Shown here: in pieces, positions 55,065-64,000 of the stretch
Layout: each line of letters starts with the position of its first letter
How positions within the stretch are numbered: the stretch's first letter is position 1
Source: a virus
Lineage: Duplodnaviria; Caudoviricetes
Length of the DNA stretch: 64,000 nucleotides
Strand: one strand, 5' to 3'
IMG/VR virus record: IMGVR_UViG_2899275550_000002
Coordinates: 1,930-65,929 of that record
Program-made: the position numbers and the translations under genes
The notes under the pieces: model-generated
Database searches by the model: none
Seen by the model: only the letters and a program-made list of their open reading frames with translations
What the model was told of the DNA's origin: nothing

Positions 55065-56677
55065 TGGCTGTCGCAATTGGAACCATGGCCCGCCTGAAGA
55101 ACGGCGGTGCCTGGTCGTTCTTCCCTGGTGGGCCTGAGACTGCCGTTGAGGCGTTCGGCCCCGGCGTTGAGATCGAGATCAGGACGGTTGGCGAGGTCTT
55201 CGACCTTGAAACTCTGCCGGCTGTCTCGGCGCCAACGATCAACCAGCCTGACCCGATCGTCGTGCCTTTCGGAACCGGCTTCACCGACAACATGGCCCAC
55301 CGCGTTTCTGGCGGCGTGCCGCCCTATACCTTCTCGCAGGTTCAGGCGGCCCCCCTGCCCCTGGGCGTGACCATCACGGCAGGCGGGAACCTGACGGGTA
55401 GCAACCAGTTCCCGGTCGGCGGCTATGGGTGGTCTGTGCGCGTGACCGATAGCCGGGTCACGGATGGCGAGCCCGATCCGCAATCCGCAACGATCAACTA
55501 TCTGCTGACGGTAGAGGCGCTGCCGCAGGTCACGCCGCACTGGGTCGTCACATCTGACCAGCGCGCGATTATCGACGGGGTGACCGCAGAAAGCGGCATC
55601 ATCAGCTTCACGCTGACCGAGCCCGAAGCCTATGCCGGAACCCACACCGTGAACACGGCGCTGCTTGCCGCTGGCCCCGTCTGCCTCGTCCCGCCAAGGG
55701 TGGTCGAGGCAACGCAAAATCCGGGTTTTCTGGTGATGATCCCCGGCCTGTGGGTCAGCCTGTCGGAGACAATTACGATCGATCCGCGATTTGTCCGAGA
55801 TAACGATGTGCTGCCCGATACGGGCCTGTCGTTCGACATCTATCCTGCATATGAGTTTAGCGTGGCTGTGGACGGTGGTAAGACAATTTACCCGCGAGAG
55901 ACGGTGACGGACGCCAATGGGGCGCGGTCTGCGCAGCCGGAGGCAGGGTATTTCGTTGAGCCTACGCCGGTTGTCACACCCGGCAACTCGTTCGAACCGA
56001 CTGACGCGCGAATTGCTCGCACCAGCGGAGCGTCTGTCTCGTCGTTCACACTGACTTCGGTGAACCTCGGAGCGCCTGACCCCAACCGTGTCATTGAGAT
56101 TGACATGGGCGGACGGATCGGCACGACCGCAGGGACTGCGATCACTGCTGTGACCATCGGCGGCGTGGCGGCGACCCCCTTATCCCCGCAGTCTGCGAAG
56201 GTCGAGCATCCTTCGTCTGGCGACGTTTTCGGCGCGGTGTGGTCAGCCCCTGTCCCCGAAGGCACTTCCGGTAATGTGGTTATATCCTTCAGTCAACCGG
56301 AAGCGCCGGTATTTGCCGTGCAGGTATGGCGCAGGGTTGGACTTGTTAGCGATGCACCCGTTTTCGTGACTGACAACGTTAGCGGCAACGGCACTGTGTC
56401 CCGGACTGTTTCGATGCTGGGAGGAGAGCGGGTTGTTTTCGGCATCGCGTCCCGGCGCGGCATGGGCGAGGGCGTCGAGCTTTTCACGCCCTCTGCGAAC
56501 CTGACTCAGATTGCCGACATCAGCCCCGGCACGGTCAGCGGCGCAGCCGCTGTCCAACTCTTCATCGGCACCGACTTTGCGGAAGCCGAAGGGCCGCAGA
56601 CATACAGCGCAACCAGCGCATCGTCTGGTTCGTCAAACATCGTCACTTGGACGCGCAAATTGCGCGCAGCGGGATAA
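55064..56677 (+). CDS. Ig-domain tail accessory / adapter protein
   Basis: SGGVPPYTFS putative Ig repeat, GLWV...ITI...RD segment, C-terminal beta domain. Confidence 0.75.
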   Translation: MAVAIGTMARLKNGGAWSFFPGGPETAVEAFGPGVEIEIRTVGEVFDLETLPAVSAPTINQPDPIVVPFGTGFTDNMAHRVSGGVPPYTFSQVQAAPLPLGVTITAGGNLTGSNQFPVGGYGWSVRVTDSRVTDGEPDPQSATINYLLTVEALPQVTPHWVVTSDQRAIIDGVTAESGIISFTLTEPEAYAGTHTVNTALLAAGPVCLVPPRVVEATQNPGFLVMIPGLWVSLSETITIDPRFVRDNDVLPDTGLSFDIYPAYEFSVAVDGGKTIYPRETVTDANGARSAQPEAGYFVEPTPVVTPGNSFEPTDARIARTSGASVSSFTLTSVNLGAPDPNRVIEIDMGGRIGTTAGTAITAVTIGGVAATPLSPQSAKVEHPSSGDVFGAVWSAPVPEGTSGNVVISFSQPEAPVFAVQVWRRVGLVSDAPVFVTDNVSGNGTVSRTVSMLGGERVVFGIASRRGMGEGVELFTPSANLTQIADISPGTVSGAAAVQLFIGTDFAEAEGPQTYSATSASSGSSNIVTWTRKLRAAG

Positions 56678-56687
56678 GGAAGTCATC

Positions 56688-59339
56688 ATGCCCCTTTATT
56701 TTCACAGCCCGCTTCTGGCAGGCAACCCGTTCGAAGGAACCGCAGGCGATGGTATGGTGCCGGGGTCGGTTTCAGTTTCCGAATGGGGGGAGGTCGCAAC
56801 CTCGGTTCCCGTCGCCGCCGCGCGCGACGGGCGCATGTCTATCGTGGACTATGATCTGGCGTCTGTTTCACACGGCGATATATCGCCAGCGTCAGGAGGA
56901 TCGACGTATGTGGACCTGAACGACCTTCCTCCCGGAAACGGGCTGACGCAGATCGCAGCGACGACCACCGACGGCGGTAGCATTTCTATCGAGGTCAGGC
57001 CCCGAAACACGCTGCACAGTTTCTCAAACGGTCGCGGATGGATGCTGCCCATCGACCCGTCCACCGGGCGGCTGCAATTTGAGATCGGGCGCAACGGGCG
57101 GAAATACTACGCAACGGCGGGCGCGCACGGCTACACCAAGCAGATGATTGCTGACGAAACCGGGCTGTCTCTTTCCTCAATTTCGGACAGCTACATTCGG
57201 ACAAGCACCGTTTATGGACGTTCGCCGGAAAAGGCTTTGGATATTGCAACGGTCCTGAATATCTGGGCTTCAGATACAAGAGGGCTGTTCAATTCTAACT
57301 GGCTTATTCTTCAGAGAGGGTATGATTACTCTAATGTTGAACAAGTTTTCATAAATAACCAAGGATGGGTTTCCAGGTCGGCGTCAGGCGAAAGTCCGCT
57401 GCATCCAATCCTTATTACCTCTTATGGAGACTTGGCCCTAGACACCCCTGTTCTTAAAGGTATCGAGGCCAACTTCCAGAATGAAGAGATTTACACTTGG
57501 CTTGCCTACCAAGATGTTGATTTTAAGCGTTACAAGGTTGCATCACGGTTTTCTTCGATTTTCAGCCATGTAAAAATTGTCAACAAGGATTTCAATTTTA
57601 AGGGCGGTCATCGGACCCTTTATATGTGCGCCGGAATTAATGCCACATGGTTCAAAGAAGAACTTTCCCCTCGTCTGTATTGGGGCGGCGACAGCCCAGG
57701 TGGAACGCCCCCGCATGACGGGGCTTGCGGAGTTTATCACTCGGGCACGCTTTCTTTGCTGATGCTCAAGTGCTTCATCGACCAAGCCGGGTGGAGCGAT
57801 GGTTTTAGTCGCCTTGACCCGTCTATTGATTTCCCGCTTTACCCTACCGAACTTGTTCACAACGTTTATGGCCAATATGGTAGCCTGAACGTCATTATCC
57901 GCGAACTGTTCACGTCGCGCGCGGGGGCGCAGGGCATCCAGCAGCGCGGGGGCGGTGTGATCGAGGACGTATTCTTTCTGGACAACAACATCGCGGGGAA
58001 CAATTTCGGGGTCGGGGCATACAACATTCCCGGCGAGGGAAACACACCCGTTTATCGGCACACCGTCACCACATCATGCGGTGGCCGACGCGGACCTAAC
58101 CGCCCACCCGCGCGGAATTGGGGGCTTGAAGTGGGAAGCCGTGGCGGGGTTGCGCACAACACCATCTTCATGCACGCGCGAAACCCTAATGATCCGGTCG
58201 AGATAGCGACCAGGATTGCAGGAAGAAACTCATTTGATCCGCGTCACCCTGACACTGAGCTGGGGTGGTGGGTTCGCTCATTCGTCCACAACTATGCGAC
58301 CGAGTGGACCTCTCAAGAAAATGCTGTGGCTCTGGGTCGCGATCCTGCCATGCTGAACCAAGTCACTGTGCAGAATTTCATTTCAACGCGGATGGACACG
58401 ACTGGCATTGAGGAGATCGACAAGATCCAGGCATATTGCATGTTCATGCGAACGCTGACCCCGGCGCAGCGCGTGGCGGAACTGCAAGCCGTTCTGGCCT
58501 ATTTCCGCGCCCCGTGGGGCCTAAACATTCCCGCGCGCATCAACCCGACGACTGCGGTTTTCCAGCCCGCGACGGAGATCACGTCCGGAATCCTCTATGC
58601 CGACCGGGACAACTGGTCCACGCAGGACATTCCGGGCGTGCAGCACGTCGACACCGTGCAAGCGCGGGGCGTGGCGGTTCGGTTCGGCGAGAACACCGTC
58701 AACCTGGTCAGCTATGATAGCGAGGGCGGCAAGCTGGAACTGTCGTCGGGCAAGATGACTGTCGGCACCTTGGCGAACTGCCGACAGGTCACGACGATCA
58801 TATCCGGGCAGGTCTTCATCACCAGCCAGGAGAACGTGGAGACCTATCGTGCAGAAAGCGGGCGCATCGTTTTGAACGGGGCGGCCACCGGCCACAACCT
58901 AATCGTGGACGGTCAAAGCCCCGAGGTCGCACTTGGCCCAAACCATATCATCGCCAGCGGCAAGGTCATGGACCTGCGGTGCGGGCGGCAGGGCGCGGTC
59001 GGCTGGATCGGCACCGGAACGGCAACGCTGACCATCGCGGCAGGCGGCACGCTGCGGTTCCGCCGCTTCATGCTGGACAGCACCGTTACGGCCGCCGTCA
59101 CGGCCGCAAGCCGCATGTCGATTTTGGAGAGGTTCCGGCTCACCGGAGACGATCCACAACCAACCGTCGCGGCCAGCCTTGTGCTGGCGGCCGGGTCGAT
59201 TGTCGAGGTCGATACCACAGGCGTCGCACCCGGCACCTACGACCTGACCGGACCCGGCGTCACCGTCGTGAACCAAGGCGCGACCCTGCCCGCAGGCGTT
59301 GCCGTGGTCGGCGGCGTGCTGCGGCTGACGGTCAGCTAA
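56688..59339 (+). CDS. Tailspike/depolymerase-like receptor-binding protein
   Basis: Start MPLYFHSP with AAGGA SD; 883 aa beta-helix-like; low-GC core at about 57150-57900. Confidence 0.7.
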   Translation: MPLYFHSPLLAGNPFEGTAGDGMVPGSVSVSEWGEVATSVPVAAARDGRMSIVDYDLASVSHGDISPASGGSTYVDLNDLPPGNGLTQIAATTTDGGSISIEVRPRNTLHSFSNGRGWMLPIDPSTGRLQFEIGRNGRKYYATAGAHGYTKQMIADETGLSLSSISDSYIRTSTVYGRSPEKALDIATVLNIWASDTRGLFNSNWLILQRGYDYSNVEQVFINNQGWVSRSASGESPLHPILITSYGDLALDTPVLKGIEANFQNEEIYTWLAYQDVDFKRYKVASRFSSIFSHVKIVNKDFNFKGGHRTLYMCAGINATWFKEELSPRLYWGGDSPGGTPPHDGACGVYHSGTLSLLMLKCFIDQAGWSDGFSRLDPSIDFPLYPTELVHNVYGQYGSLNVIIRELFTSRAGAQGIQQRGGGVIEDVFFLDNNIAGNNFGVGAYNIPGEGNTPVYRHTVTTSCGGRRGPNRPPARNWGLEVGSRGGVAHNTIFMHARNPNDPVEIATRIAGRNSFDPRHPDTELGWWVRSFVHNYATEWTSQENAVALGRDPAMLNQVTVQNFISTRMDTTGIEEIDKIQAYCMFMRTLTPAQRVAELQAVLAYFRAPWGLNIPARINPTTAVFQPATEITSGILYADRDNWSTQDIPGVQHVDTVQARGVAVRFGENTVNLVSYDSEGGKLELSSGKMTVGTLANCRQVTTIISGQVFITSQENVETYRAESGRIVLNGAATGHNLIVDGQSPEVALGPNHIIASGKVMDLRCGRQGAVGWIGTGTATLTIAAGGTLRFRRFMLDSTVTAAVTAASRMSILERFRLTGDDPQPTVAASLVLAAGSIVEVDTTGVAPGTYDLTGPGVTVVNQGATLPAGVAVVGGVLRLTVS

Positions 59340-59889
59340 CCCGCCTGCGGCGCTTTCGCATCATCGCGAGAGCGCCGAATCCAAGAGGAAGAAGGGCGGC
59401 AGACGCGGGGAGCGGAACGGGCGCTATTTGTATGTTCTCGATAGCCAGATCTACATAGCTAACATTCTCTAGATTATTTGGCATTAGGGAGAGAATATTT
59501 TGCTCGCCATTCAGAAATGAAAATACAAAGCCGTCACCTAGGGGAGACGTTCCTATTGCCCAAAAACCGGAAATCCACGACTGATCCGTAATATTCCATT
59601 TTTCTCCACGTGAGGTTAACGTGATATCAGCGCAGTAATCAGCGGGCAGATAGGTGATTGATGCGCGCATGGGGACGGAAACGTCTTTTGTATATGGTCC
59701 GTAAGACGTGATGCTTGATCCATCATAGGTTTCCGCCTCTTTGAAAAACAAATCAAAGCTGTATTTAACCTTCTGGCCAAAAATCGGCGGGTCATAAAAG
59801 TCCGAACGGTCACAAAACCCCGTCGCAGCCTCAGCCGCCGACCCAATACCTAGCGCTGCCACCGCAGCCAAAACCGCACTCTTAATCAT
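59332..59889 (-). CDS. VPLPA-CTERM exosortase-target surface protein (moron)
   Basis: Signal peptide MIKSAVLAAVAALGIGSAAEA; C-terminal APVPLPASAALLPLGFGALAMMRKRRRR; low GC; opposite strand. Confidence 0.88.
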   Translation of the reverse strand: MIKSAVLAAVAALGIGSAAEAATGFCDRSDFYDPPIFGQKVKYSFDLFFKEAETYDGSSITSYGPYTKDVSVPMRASITYLPADYCADITLTSRGEKWNITDQSWISGFWAIGTSPLGDGFVFSFLNGEQNILSLMPNNLENVSYVDLAIENIQIAPVPLPASAALLPLGFGALAMMRKRRRRVS

Positions 59890-60060
59890 CTTCCACCTCT
59901 CGCGCCGAATCGACGTTGGTTTCACCAGTGCGTGAATAGTCTGCGCAACGCGCAAAAGAGTCTCGGTGAAACGTTTCCGCTTGCTGCAACCTTAGATTGC
60001 GCGAACACGGTCCCGCGCCCGATCCCGATGCATTCGGCCTAGCCCCGCCCCCTGCCCGTC

Positions 60061-60121
60061 TGGTATGATACCAGCACGCACAGGACGTGCCCCTTCCCCC
60101 GCTACAGGAGAGGCACGTCTG
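60061..60121 (+). promoter_or_regulatory. Lysis operon promoter and leader RNA switch
   Basis: TGgTATGAT extended -10; GCAC-AGGAC-GTGC hairpin (60078-60090); GACGTGC is complementary to GCACGTC (60113-60119). Confidence 0.75.
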
Positions 60122-60502
60122 ATGAGCGTTCCCCAATTGATCTACGAGATGTTCATGTCGCCCGGCACGCCGCAGGGTAACTATGAGCGCATGGCCGCGG
60201 CGTTCGGCCACGCCATGATCGGCGTGCTGCTGGCCGCCGCGCTGCTGCGGCCCATGGCACGCCGCCCTTGGCTAGCAAGTGGCCTGGCGCTGGCCATCTA
60301 CCTGCCCTGGGAGATCGGCCAGCTGCTTATCGCCGGATCGTCACTGGCAGACAGCGCGATCGACGCGGGCGCGGTTCTGGCCGGCGCGCTGATCGCCGCA
60401 TCCCTGTGGACCCGGCGCCTGCCGCTGGTCCTCGTCCTGGCCCCGGTGCTTGTGCTGCTGGGCCGTGCCATCCCCGAGAAGCAGCGGGGCGGCGATGAGT
60501 GA
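60122..60502 (+). CDS. Multi-TM membrane protein, first lysis-module gene
   Basis: 3-4 TM helices; GH, WEIGQ and DSAID resemble VanZ-like residues; CAGGAG SD. Confidence 0.7.
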   Translation: MSVPQLIYEMFMSPGTPQGNYERMAAAFGHAMIGVLLAAALLRPMARRPWLASGLALAIYLPWEIGQLLIAGSSLADSAIDAGAVLAGALIAASLWTRRLPLVLVLAPVLVLLGRAIPEKQRGGDE

Positions 60503-61073
60503 GAAAACCCAAGCGTTCGGCGCATTCCTGCTGGACGAGGCGAAGAAGTGGGCCGCCCGAACCTTCATCATGCTCATGGTGGCGGTGTTCGTCCTCCTGG
60601 TGACGCCGATGAAGGATCGCCTCGAACGCATCTGGAACAGCCCCGATTTACTGGCCGAGGTGCTGAACAAGCTGGACGAGCTGTCGGCAGAGGTCCAGCG
60701 TGCCACCGGCGAGGATCGCGTGATCTTCGAGGTGCCGGGCCAGTCCTTCGTGCGCGAGCCGGTTCACCTGGGCGAACAGATCACCCTGAACATGGTCCTG
60801 CGCCGTACCAAGCTGGGCACGCCCTGCACGCTCCTGAACCGGACAGCGATCTTCACCGACGAGACGGGCATTGCCAATGCCGGGCTGACGATCCGCCCAG
60901 CCCGCCAGGTCGGCGCGGCTGATACCCTGATCCGGCTCATGCTCGATGTTCCCCAGCAGGTCCAGACGGGCCGCGTGACGGTCTATCTGTCGCTGGAGTT
61001 CGATTGCGGCGGCAAGCCGGTGTTCGATCAGACCCGCCCCGTCGCCTTCGCCCTGCTGGAGAAGCCGTCATGA
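60495..61073 (+). CDS. Single N-terminal TM protein with periplasmic domain (lysis accessory candidate)
   Basis: TM TFIMLMVAVFVLLVT, soluble domain with two Cys. Confidence 0.7.
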   Translation: MSEKTQAFGAFLLDEAKKWAARTFIMLMVAVFVLLVTPMKDRLERIWNSPDLLAEVLNKLDELSAEVQRATGEDRVIFEVPGQSFVREPVHLGEQITLNMVLRRTKLGTPCTLLNRTAIFTDETGIANAGLTIRPARQVGAADTLIRLMLDVPQQVQTGRVTVYLSLEFDCGGKPVFDQTRPVAFALLEKPS

Positions 61074-61282
61074 TGAGCCGCCGCAAGCGCCTGTCCATCG
61101 CTGCAAATCGCTGCATAGGCGGCCCTGTAGGAGAAACGCTTTGCGCACATGCCCATCGGTCAGGCTGGGCGCGCTTCGATGGCGCCATGCAGATCCTCTT
61201 TCGTGATCCAACCCACTGCGAGGGGGAACATCTCGACCGCCTCGCCTTGCCTGAAAATGTGAACCAAAGGACTGATCCATGA
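61070..61282 (+). CDS. Small hypothetical protein
   Basis: 70 aa, coupled on both sides; Cys/His residues. Confidence 0.55.
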   Translation: MMSRRKRLSIAANRCIGGPVGETLCAHAHRSGWARFDGAMQILFRDPTHCEGEHLDRLALPENVNQRTDP

Positions 61283-62019
61283 TGAACCGCATCGCCAACC
61301 ACCACACCGGGGGCGGTTACGAGCCTTCGGCGCTGGATTTGAGCCACTATCACAAGCTGATTTCCCTGGACGGGACGGTTCACGATGGGCGGCACCCGAT
61401 CGCCGCGAACGCGCCCGGCCGCCCGCTGGTCGCGGGGCGCTATGCGGCCCATACCCGCGCGCTGAACACCGGCACGATCGGCAACGCGCTTTGCGCCATG
61501 GCGAACGGCGACTGGCGCAGCCCCTTTGCCTGCCGAACCTTTCCCCTGCCCGCCCAGGTCGAGGCGCTGGTGCAGCTGAACGCGCGCCAGTGCGTCGAAT
61601 ATGGCATCCCCGTAACCCGGGCGACGGTTCTTTCACATGGCGAGGTCGAGCTGACGCTTGGCATCAAGCAGGCTGGCAAGTGGGATTTCGACTACGATTT
61701 CATGGACCGCACCGCCACGCGCGATCCCATCGCCATCGGTGACAAGTTCCGGGCCCGCGTGCTGGCCGCGATCGAGGGCCTGGGCCAAGGGGCGCCGTGC
61801 GCCGCGCCCTCGCCGCGCCCGGTCCTCCGCCGCGGCGCATCGGGGGGCGACGTGCGCGAGCTCCAGTCCCTGCTGAACCGCCGGGGCGCAAATCTGGACA
61901 TGGATGGAGGCTTTGGCCCCGCGACCTTCGCGGCGGTCGTGTCCTTCCAACGGCGTTCGCAGCTCCGGCAGGATGGCCTGGTCGGAGCTATTACCTGGGC
62001 GGCCCTGCTGCCCTGCTGA
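61279..62019 (+). CDS. Endolysin: N-acetylmuramoyl-L-alanine amidase plus PG-binding domain
   Basis: HHT, YHKLISLDG, AHT, VLSHGE, KWD; C-terminal LRRG...VRELQ...DGGFGPAT...DGLVG. Confidence 0.92.
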   Translation: MMNRIANHHTGGGYEPSALDLSHYHKLISLDGTVHDGRHPIAANAPGRPLVAGRYAAHTRALNTGTIGNALCAMANGDWRSPFACRTFPLPAQVEALVQLNARQCVEYGIPVTRATVLSHGEVELTLGIKQAGKWDFDYDFMDRTATRDPIAIGDKFRARVLAAIEGLGQGAPCAAPSPRPVLRRGASGGDVRELQSLLNRRGANLDMDGGFGPATFAAVVSFQRRSQLRQDGLVGAITWAALLPC

Positions 62020-62053
62020 TCTTCAACCGCGCCGAGGCGCAAGAGGGACTGAC

Positions 62054-62440
62054 ATGGATAGACTGATCGACATCATGGGGCCGCTGCTGCTGTCCTACCT
62101 GCCCGCGCTGATCGACGCGGTTCTCGCGCCCGCCCTGCTGGCCGCAGCAGGCTTCGCCGCCCGCAAGTGGCAAATCCAGATCGCGGATGCACACATCCAG
62201 AAGGCGCACCAGGCGCTTAAAACCGCCGCCCTGGCCGGGCTGCGCAAGGGGCTGACCGGCACGCGCCTGGAGGCGTTCATTCAGGATCAGGCCCGCGCCA
62301 GCTCGCCCACGGCGATGAGCAAGCTGGAGGCCAAGGCCACCGGCCCGGTCCTGCAGAACATCATCCTGTCGAAGATCGAGGACGCTTCGCATGATGCGCT
62401 GTCGCGGGCCCTGGAAAAGGCGCTGCCCAAGCCGCGATAA
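62054..62440 (+). CDS. Putative holin
   Basis: N-terminal TM followed by basic amphipathic helices; directly after the endolysin. Confidence 0.65.
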   Translation: MDRLIDIMGPLLLSYLPALIDAVLAPALLAAAGFAARKWQIQIADAHIQKAHQALKTAALAGLRKGLTGTRLEAFIQDQARASSPTAMSKLEAKATGPVLQNIILSKIEDASHDALSRALEKALPKPR

Positions 62441-62460
62441 GCTTGGTCGACATTAGACCG

Positions 62461-62485
62461 AAGGGCCGCCTCCGGGCGGCCTTTT
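62461..62485 (+). terminator. Terminator between the lysis operon and the convergent integrase operon
   Basis: ggccgcc-tccg-ggcggcc stem plus T-run. Confidence 0.8.
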
Positions 62486-62709
62486 CACACCTTATGCACA
62501 GGAACGTCCCGCAGCTCTGGCTTCAATGTGCCGATCCGGTTCTCATGCCAGGATGTGAGGAACGTGACATGCTCGATCGCTTTCAGACCACAGGCCCCGC
62601 AACGCGCCCGGCGGATCAACTCGTCTCGATGAACCCAATGAGACGTGGCTATGTAAGCCCGATGCCCGCAGGCACATGAAACCTCATAGTAGGCTGGGTC
62701 AGGGGGCAT
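62485..62709 (-). CDS. Small Zn-finger protein downstream of the integrase
   Basis: CACGH and CGACG; start MPPDPAYY 1 nt after the integrase stop. Confidence 0.65.
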   Translation of the reverse strand: MPPDPAYYEVSCACGHRAYIATSHWVHRDELIRRARCGACGLKAIEHVTFLTSWHENRIGTLKPELRDVPVHKV

Positions 62710-62710
62710 G

Positions 62711-64000
62711 TCAGATCGCGGCCTTGGCCACCTGATCACGCAGGAACGCCAGATCGCCGCCCGAGCCGTAGCGTTCCCGGTTCAGGCTGTGACCCAGCAT
62801 GTCGCGCCGCACCCGCTCATCTATGCCAGCCGTCAGCATCCGGTCCTCGAACGCATGGCGCAGGGAATAGAGGCTGTGTGCCGGCGTCTCCAGCAAGCCA
62901 TTCTCACGCAGGAACTTGTTCACGGTGGCCGATAGCCCGGCGCTATTCTTTGCATAGCGGGGGAACCCGCCCGGAGCCTGCCGGAACGCATCGAGGCTGA
63001 CGCCGACCAGCGGGATAGCGCGCTTGCTGTGCGAGGTCTTGAGCGTGCGGTTCTCGTTCCGCTGGATCAGGATGTGGGGGACCGGATCGGAGAGGCGGAT
63101 TTCGCCAGGCATCAGCCCGGCCCCCTCGGACGGGCGATAGCCGGTGTTGACCATGCCGAGCAGGATCAGGCGCGCGTCCAAGTTTAGCCCGTTCAGCGCC
63201 CCTGGCGCCAGCAGCTTGTCGCGGATCCAGCTGCGCGAGAACGGCGGCCGCACATCGTCCTTGTCCGTGTCGGTCCGCAGCATCAAGCCTTCGGTCGAGA
63301 ACCCGAGCTGGATGCCCTTTGCGCGGCAGACCCGTTTCCAGCTGCCGATCAGGTGGGTAAAGTCCTTGTTCGCGGTGTCGGCACGCGTCTCGCCTTCCAT
63401 TACCCGATCTACCCACCACTTGCGAAACGCATACATGTCGTCGGTCGTGACCTCGGCCAGGGCCTTGTTGCCGACCACCTCGATGAAATTGCGCGTGGCC
63501 TTGATCCGGGGGTTCTTCCACCGTCTGATCTGGTCATCGTTCTTGCCGCGCAGATCCTCGATGGCGACATCATAGAAGGCGTCCAGTGCTTGTTCGACCG
63601 TCAACACCGGGGGCGAGGCCAGCCCGAGGGCCGCATCAGCTTCGCGGGGATCGAACCGCCCGGCCCCGTCAACGGTCGATTCGAGCCGGGTCAGCAGGTC
63701 CGCGACGGGCAGCTGGGCGACATCGGGCGCGGACAGGTAGCGATAGCCCCGGCGCTGAGCCAGGTTGCGGGCGGCGGCCATGCGATCCTCGGCGGCCTTG
63801 TCCTGGCCGACGAGCTTGGCCTCCCATGCCTCAAGCATTTCTCGCCAGACATCGCCCGCCTTGGACTGTGCCAGGGCGCGGCTGTCGGTGTGCAGGCTGA
63901 TATGGACGATCGTCCGCGGTTCGACCGCCGAATAGCGCACCGGCACCCGCTTGCGGATATGCCAGGTGTTCTCTCGCAGGATGATCGTGGGCGTCCGCAT
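62711..64000 (-). CDS. int: Prophage tyrosine integrase (DUF6538-like N-terminus); start at the window edge
   Basis: NTGYRPSE (R), YSLRH, LGH, RERYG (Y). Confidence 0.93.
   Translation of the reverse strand: MRTPTIILRENTWHIRKRVPVRYSAVEPRTIVHISLHTDSRALAQSKAGDVWREMLEAWEAKLVGQDKAAEDRMAAARNLAQRRGYRYLSAPDVAQLPVADLLTRLESTVDGAGRFDPREADAALGLASPPVLTVEQALDAFYDVAIEDLRGKNDDQIRRWKNPRIKATRNFIEVVGNKALAEVTTDDMYAFRKWWVDRVMEGETRADTANKDFTHLIGSWKRVCRAKGIQLGFSTEGLMLRTDTDKDDVRPPFSRSWIRDKLLAPGALNGLNLDARLILLGMVNTGYRPSEGAGLMPGEIRLSDPVPHILIQRNENRTLKTSHSKRAIPLVGVSLDAFRQAPGGFPRYAKNSAGLSATVNKFLRENGLLETPAHSLYSLRHAFEDRMLTAGIDERVRRDMLGHSLNRERYGSGGDLAFLRDQVAKAAI

Larger units (their letters stand above)
3613..64000. mobile_element. 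Temperate podovirus-type prophage with Bcep22-like organisation; right att beyond the window
   Basis: Complete ordered set of switch, replication, packaging, head, short-tail, ejection, lysis and integrase genes. Confidence 0.93.

Noticed and set aside
62495-62510. GCACAGGAACGT as a fifth switch motif
   Set aside because: Does not fit CAY-AGGAY-RTG, forms no matching stem, and lies after the terminator within an opposite-strand gene

Overview
GC-rich alphaproteobacterial DNA, Rhodobacteraceae-like (inferred from an alpha-type LexA box and VPLPA-CTERM proteins). About 3.6-64 kb is one apparently near-complete temperate podovirus-type prophage (~60 kb). It has a leftward early arm (DUF2303, RecT, many small ORFs), a cI/cro switch with five GGACAAWWGTCC operators, two orphan methyltransferases, O/P-type replication with iterons, terminases, a P22-like portal, scaffold, a CsrA-like protein, an N4-gp56-type capsid, short-tail proteins, ejection proteins, a 4394-aa DarB-like polyvalent protein, a second receptor-binding module, a VPLPA-CTERM moron, lysis genes and a tyrosine integrase at the right edge. 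The layout resembles Bcep22-like phages. Positions 1-3.6 kb belong to a second integrative element (integrase, frameshifted PolA/T7-RNAP-superfamily polymerase, VanZ), separated from the prophage by a probable tRNA-Ser 3' remnant. Three observations stand out. (1) Four late-gene leaders (capsid, DarB, second tail module, lysis) share a covarying two-state RNA element: a CAY-AGGAY-RTG hairpin whose 3' arm can instead pair next to or over the start codon. The first copy sits 8 nt behind a phage CsrA-like gene, suggesting a phage-encoded translational switch. (2) An HNH endonuclease and two small genes, each with its own Shine-Dalgarno, are overprinted in the +1 frame inside the open DarB frame. 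(3) A perfect LexA box precedes a small ORF antisense to a repressor that lacks an autocleavage domain. No database searches were possible: family calls come from motifs recognised by eye, and I adjusted start codons where RBS or gene overlap supported it.
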